This document shows, piece after piece, positions 59,951-64,000 of a stretch of 64,000 nt of DNA. Below the pieces are notes generated by a model. The model saw nothing but the letters and a program-made list of their open reading frames with translations, was not told where the DNA came from and searched no databases. Position numbers and translations under genes: made by a program. Origin of the DNA: the human T2T-CHM13v2.0 reference genome, Homo sapiens; the NCBI RefSeq assembly GCF_009914755.1, contig NC_060947.1; one strand, 5' to 3'. Within the stretch, counting starts at the first letter, position 1. Every line of letters starts with the position of its first letter.

Positions 59951-62250
59951 ACAGAATCCTGTAACTTACTGAGGAATTTGCCAAATTTAATAGAAACTCA
60001 CGTTAGACAGAATCTGTAAAAAGCTATATTAGGTACTTTCAAAATGCTATATCAAGTTACTGAGTCTGACTGCCACATATTTGTCATCTATATGTTGCCC
60101 CATGTCTACTTCAGGCATGGTTAATCAATTAGGGCACTCTCTGCCAATAAACTGGAAATAAGTCAATAAAAATGTCTCAACTCCAAGTCTCAACAGCTAC
60201 AATTGATATTAACCTGGCACTCAATAAAGAACCTATTTTCCATTTGTATCAACTTAAGTTTCTCTCAGCTCTAGAATTCTAGGATTCTGAGATAAAATTA
60301 CAAACCTTACAATGTCGAAAATTTGTCAAGTAAAGATTTCTACACATATTAAGTAACTCAGATCTGTTTATAAAAATCTAATTCTACAACTTTGGGCAAG
60401 TTGCATTTTCACAAAAAACCTGTTTTTTTCATTTATGAGATGGAAAAAGAAAAATCTAGTTACCTCATACAGTTGATGTGAATGTCATATATAAAATAAG
60501 TGTTAACAAACTTTGAACCTTAAGTTACTATGTGTAAATTATTAATAAATCTATAAGTAATTTATTCCTCACAATTAGCATAAATAATTTGCCACCCATT
60601 AGGAACACTCAACATCTAAAATTAAATCTATTTCAAGAGCATGGTTACCTTGTCTTGTGTAGTGGTACGAGAACTCTACTAAGATTTCATTCTTCTGATT
60701 TTATACCAAAGAAATAACGGACCAGGGTGGAGGGAGCACAAAAAGTTCAGGGTTATACCCTAATGGTCTCCATTGCTTTAATTTGCCAGATAGAAGAAAT
60801 ACCACCATTCATGGAAGAATTCAGTTTTTACTCTACTGGGTTAATATTTTACAAAGAATGAAGAAAAAGTAGTTTCATTATGGTGAAGGGGAGTTTACCA
60901 CACATATGTGGCTTTTTCTTAATTCAAAGAAAAGGGGAGAAATCTCTTCAGCTCTATAGACCAAAATTTACAATAAGGTAAAAATAACTAGGCAAGTTTA
61001 ATTAAATCAGCAAGCATTTGGTTGCCTACCAATCATTATAATCTGTTGCTGTTACAATAGTGAATAACATAGGACCCCCAACCTCAAGAAGAGCAGTGAA
61101 GTAACCCCTTTGGATTCAAGTCTTAGTGCCTAGGATAAATGTAATTGAAGCTTCAGAGCTTAGAGAAGGTTGGGTAATATATTTTAAAAAGTACTCAATT
61201 AACATCTCACTATCAGCGGCCTTTAAAACAGCTGCTACCATACATGTTTCCAGTTGAAGCTTATTAACATATTCCAAAGCTTACTTCAATTTCCTTTTCA
61301 ACACTTTGGAACCCCTCGGAACGTCTAGAATGTAACTTAAAGAAGCTTGGAAACTTAACTTTCTGAAGGAAACAGTAACAATGTAGAACAAGTTACAAAG
61401 ACATCTTTAAAGTCAAGCTTGACTAGATAACTTTTAGAGTAACTTACACACTGATTATATAAATATAATACAGATCTCAATTACAGAAAATAAAAGGCAT
61501 ATATGCAGATATTGCAACTGATTGCTCTACAGGTGCTATAAATTAATGTGCCTAAATGCTAAAGGATAGTTTTAAAAATAAACACATAAGAACATGCAAT
61601 AATAAACACATAAGAACTCTTGTTAGGAAATTTCAAGTTAAAATCAAAACATTCTGGCCAGATGAGAAGATATATCTTCTTTCAAAGACTTAGCTACCTG
61701 CCAGAGATAAAAGCACTACATATATCATGTTGTCTAATCCATCCTTCTAGTTGGCTGATACAGATAGAAATGCCTTAGTAACTTTTTAAAAGCCGTAATA
61801 GGTATGCTGTAGCGTTATCTTTGACACCAGGCATATATACCCACAATCAGGAGACATATGTTAGAAGCTGTGATATTAACAGCTTTCTTTCTTGCTATTA
61901 CTAATCCATAATGGCCACCATCTGGGCTGATTTAGAGATTTGTACACACAAAAACAGAAGTTTCAAAATATATTGCATACTCTCCCGTACAAATTTATCT
62001 GTAAAGAGCTACCTACAATGATACTAGATTTTGCCAATCTGGAAATGCCAATTTCTGAGGAAAATGGTCAAGAATTAACAGCTGTATCAAAACATAAAAA
62101 CAAAATACTATACAACCTTCAAAATCAGCCACATGGAAGAGAAATCAGAGGGCAAATTCTTCATCATAGGTACATCCCAAACTAAGTTTTCATAGGTTTT
62201 TCCCCTCTAGCTTCTAAGAGGCATTTATCTTTCTTTTAGGCTAGTTGAGT

Positions 62251-62251
<1 letters not shown>

Positions 62252-62297
<46 letters not shown>
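62252..62297. repeat. (CA)23 microsatellite
   Basis: Seen directly. Confidence 0.97.
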
Positions 62298-62299
<2 letters not shown>

Positions 62300-63282
62300 G
62301 TCAAATTCCAACCCAAATACTCAAATATTGAGTATTTCTGAAGTCTTTATCTGCTACCTAAGCAAATAAAACTGGGTATGATACATCTCTATTATTTCCA
62401 AGAAAAAGGCACTTAAATATTCTAGACATGTCCTAGACATAGAGTGAAATGTTAAAACAATGTATGAGGTTGAAGAATCACCTTGGATTTAAAAAGGGCA
62501 GTAAGCAACACAGTGTGCATGAGTAGAAGGGAGTAACTGAAATCAGGACCATTTTACTCTTTTCAGTAAATCATAAGACTTTTTTCTTTTAATGTATCAG
62601 GCACAGCAGGCTCAGCCAACATTGAATTAAAAGTTTAACAATCTTTTTAAGACCTATACAAAGCAATGATGTCTTTCTAATTACTCTAAGCCACTACTCT
62701 GAAGGCACCACCAATAAAATCATATCTATTAAAACCATCAATACAGATGCCACTTTTCCTCAGCTAATTCTAGGTGAAGAAACGTGACTCTTAAAAAAAA
62801 AAATCCATCACTACCACCATGACCAACAAAAAACCCCAAACAGTAACAATATCATCTATAGTCATACTCTTCTGAGAAATGTCAATACTTCTTGAACTTC
62901 ACAGAAAACACCACAACCTTCAATGTCTTCTTTCTCCATTTCATTTTCTCTTCTATTCTGGAATTTAAAAATAACATAAAAGAAAACCCTGACACAAGGA
63001 TCCCAGTTTAGCCATCTGCCAATAGATCATAAGGCCTTCTGAAGTTTTAGGCTACATAGCAGCCACAGGTAGCTCCAGATGGTCTAAAAAACTTGGGGAC
63101 ACTGGCTGCATGTGCTCTGCCTACGCTTTCTAGTAAGAATCCCCAATATCCTACAACTGGGAGGAGAAAAGAGGCCTTGGAATTAGTACTTTCCAGAGCA
63201 AGAGAAGAAAACTACTTTAAGAAACTAAGGCCCTCCAGCTGAAACAAATCTCCCATATTGGTTGGTTGGTGGTTGGTGATTC

Positions 63283-64000
63283 ATTTATTTTTTTTTTATT
63301 TCTGAGATTTTGATGCACCCATCACCCAAGCAGTGTACACTGTACCCAATGTGTTTTATTCCTCACCCCCTCCCACACTTTCCCTTGAGTCCCCAAAGTC
63401 CAATATATCATTCTTATGCCTTTGCATTCTCATACCTTAGCTCCCACTTATGAGAACATACAATGTTTGGTTTTCCATTCCTGAGTTACTTCACTTAGAA
63501 TAGCAGTCTCCAATTCCATCAAGGTTGCTGCAAATGCCATTATTTCATTCCTTTTTATGGCTGAGTAGTATTCCATTATATATATATGTATGTATATATA
63601 TGTGTATATATGTGTGTGTATATATGTATATGTATGTGAATATATGTATATATATACGTATATATGTATATGTATGTGAATATATGTATATATATACATA
63701 TATATGTATATGTATGTGTATATATGTATATATACATGTATGTGTATATATATGTATATATACATGTATATGTATATATGTATGTATATATATGTGTGTG
63801 TGTATATATACGCAAACACACCCCACATTTTCTTTATCCACTCATTGATTGATGGGCATTTGGGCTAGTTCCATATTTTTGCAATTGCAAATTGTGCTGC
63901 TATAAACGTGTGTGCAAGTATCTTTTTCGTATAATGACTTCTTTTCCTTTGGGTAGATACCTAGTAGTGGGACTGCTGGATCAAACGGTAGATCTACTTT
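63283..64000 (-). mobile_element. L1PB-type 3' end (runs off the window)
   Basis: gcacccatcacccaagcagtgtacactgtacccaat...ttccattcctgagttacttcacttagaat. The antisense translation [23 protein letters not shown] matches the L1 ORF2 C-terminus. Confidence 0.92.
63578..63812. repeat. (TA)n/(TATG)n compound microsatellite expanded inside the L1PB
   Basis: Seen directly. Contains a repeated tatatgtatatgtatgtgaatatatgtatatatatac unit. Confidence 0.95.

Noticed and set aside
63448-63852. Overlapping Tyr/Ile/His-rich ORFs
   Set aside because: Microsatellite inside an L1PB, fused to the L1 ORF2 C-terminal remnant.

Overview
Human (primate) genomic DNA, not a microbial or accessory region. It is AT-rich, CpG-depleted and dense in Alu, L1, MIR/L2, MaLR/ERV LTRs and DNA-transposon fossils. 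The one protein-coding segment I can support is a 113-nt minus-strand exon (28070-28182) encoding (K)[37 protein letters not shown](D). I recognise this as coding exon 2 of X-linked CASK (N-lobe of the CaM-kinase domain). The window is therefore the end of CASK intron 1 (right of the exon), exon 2, and the start of intron 2 (left). All other ORFs in the track come from repeats, microsatellites or chance. I found no evidence for a new multi-gene system. Best second-look items: (1) a competing in-frame 5' splice site 18 nt downstream of exon 2; (2) a perfect 49-bp duplication 7.2 kb apart with templated-insertion signatures; (3) a perfect 19-bp-stem hairpin; (4) an Alu-split MADE1 (miR-548-type) element; (5) two inverted MER82-type copies bracketing the exon. 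Repeat subfamily names come from my recall of consensus sequences, and boundaries of old repeats are approximate.
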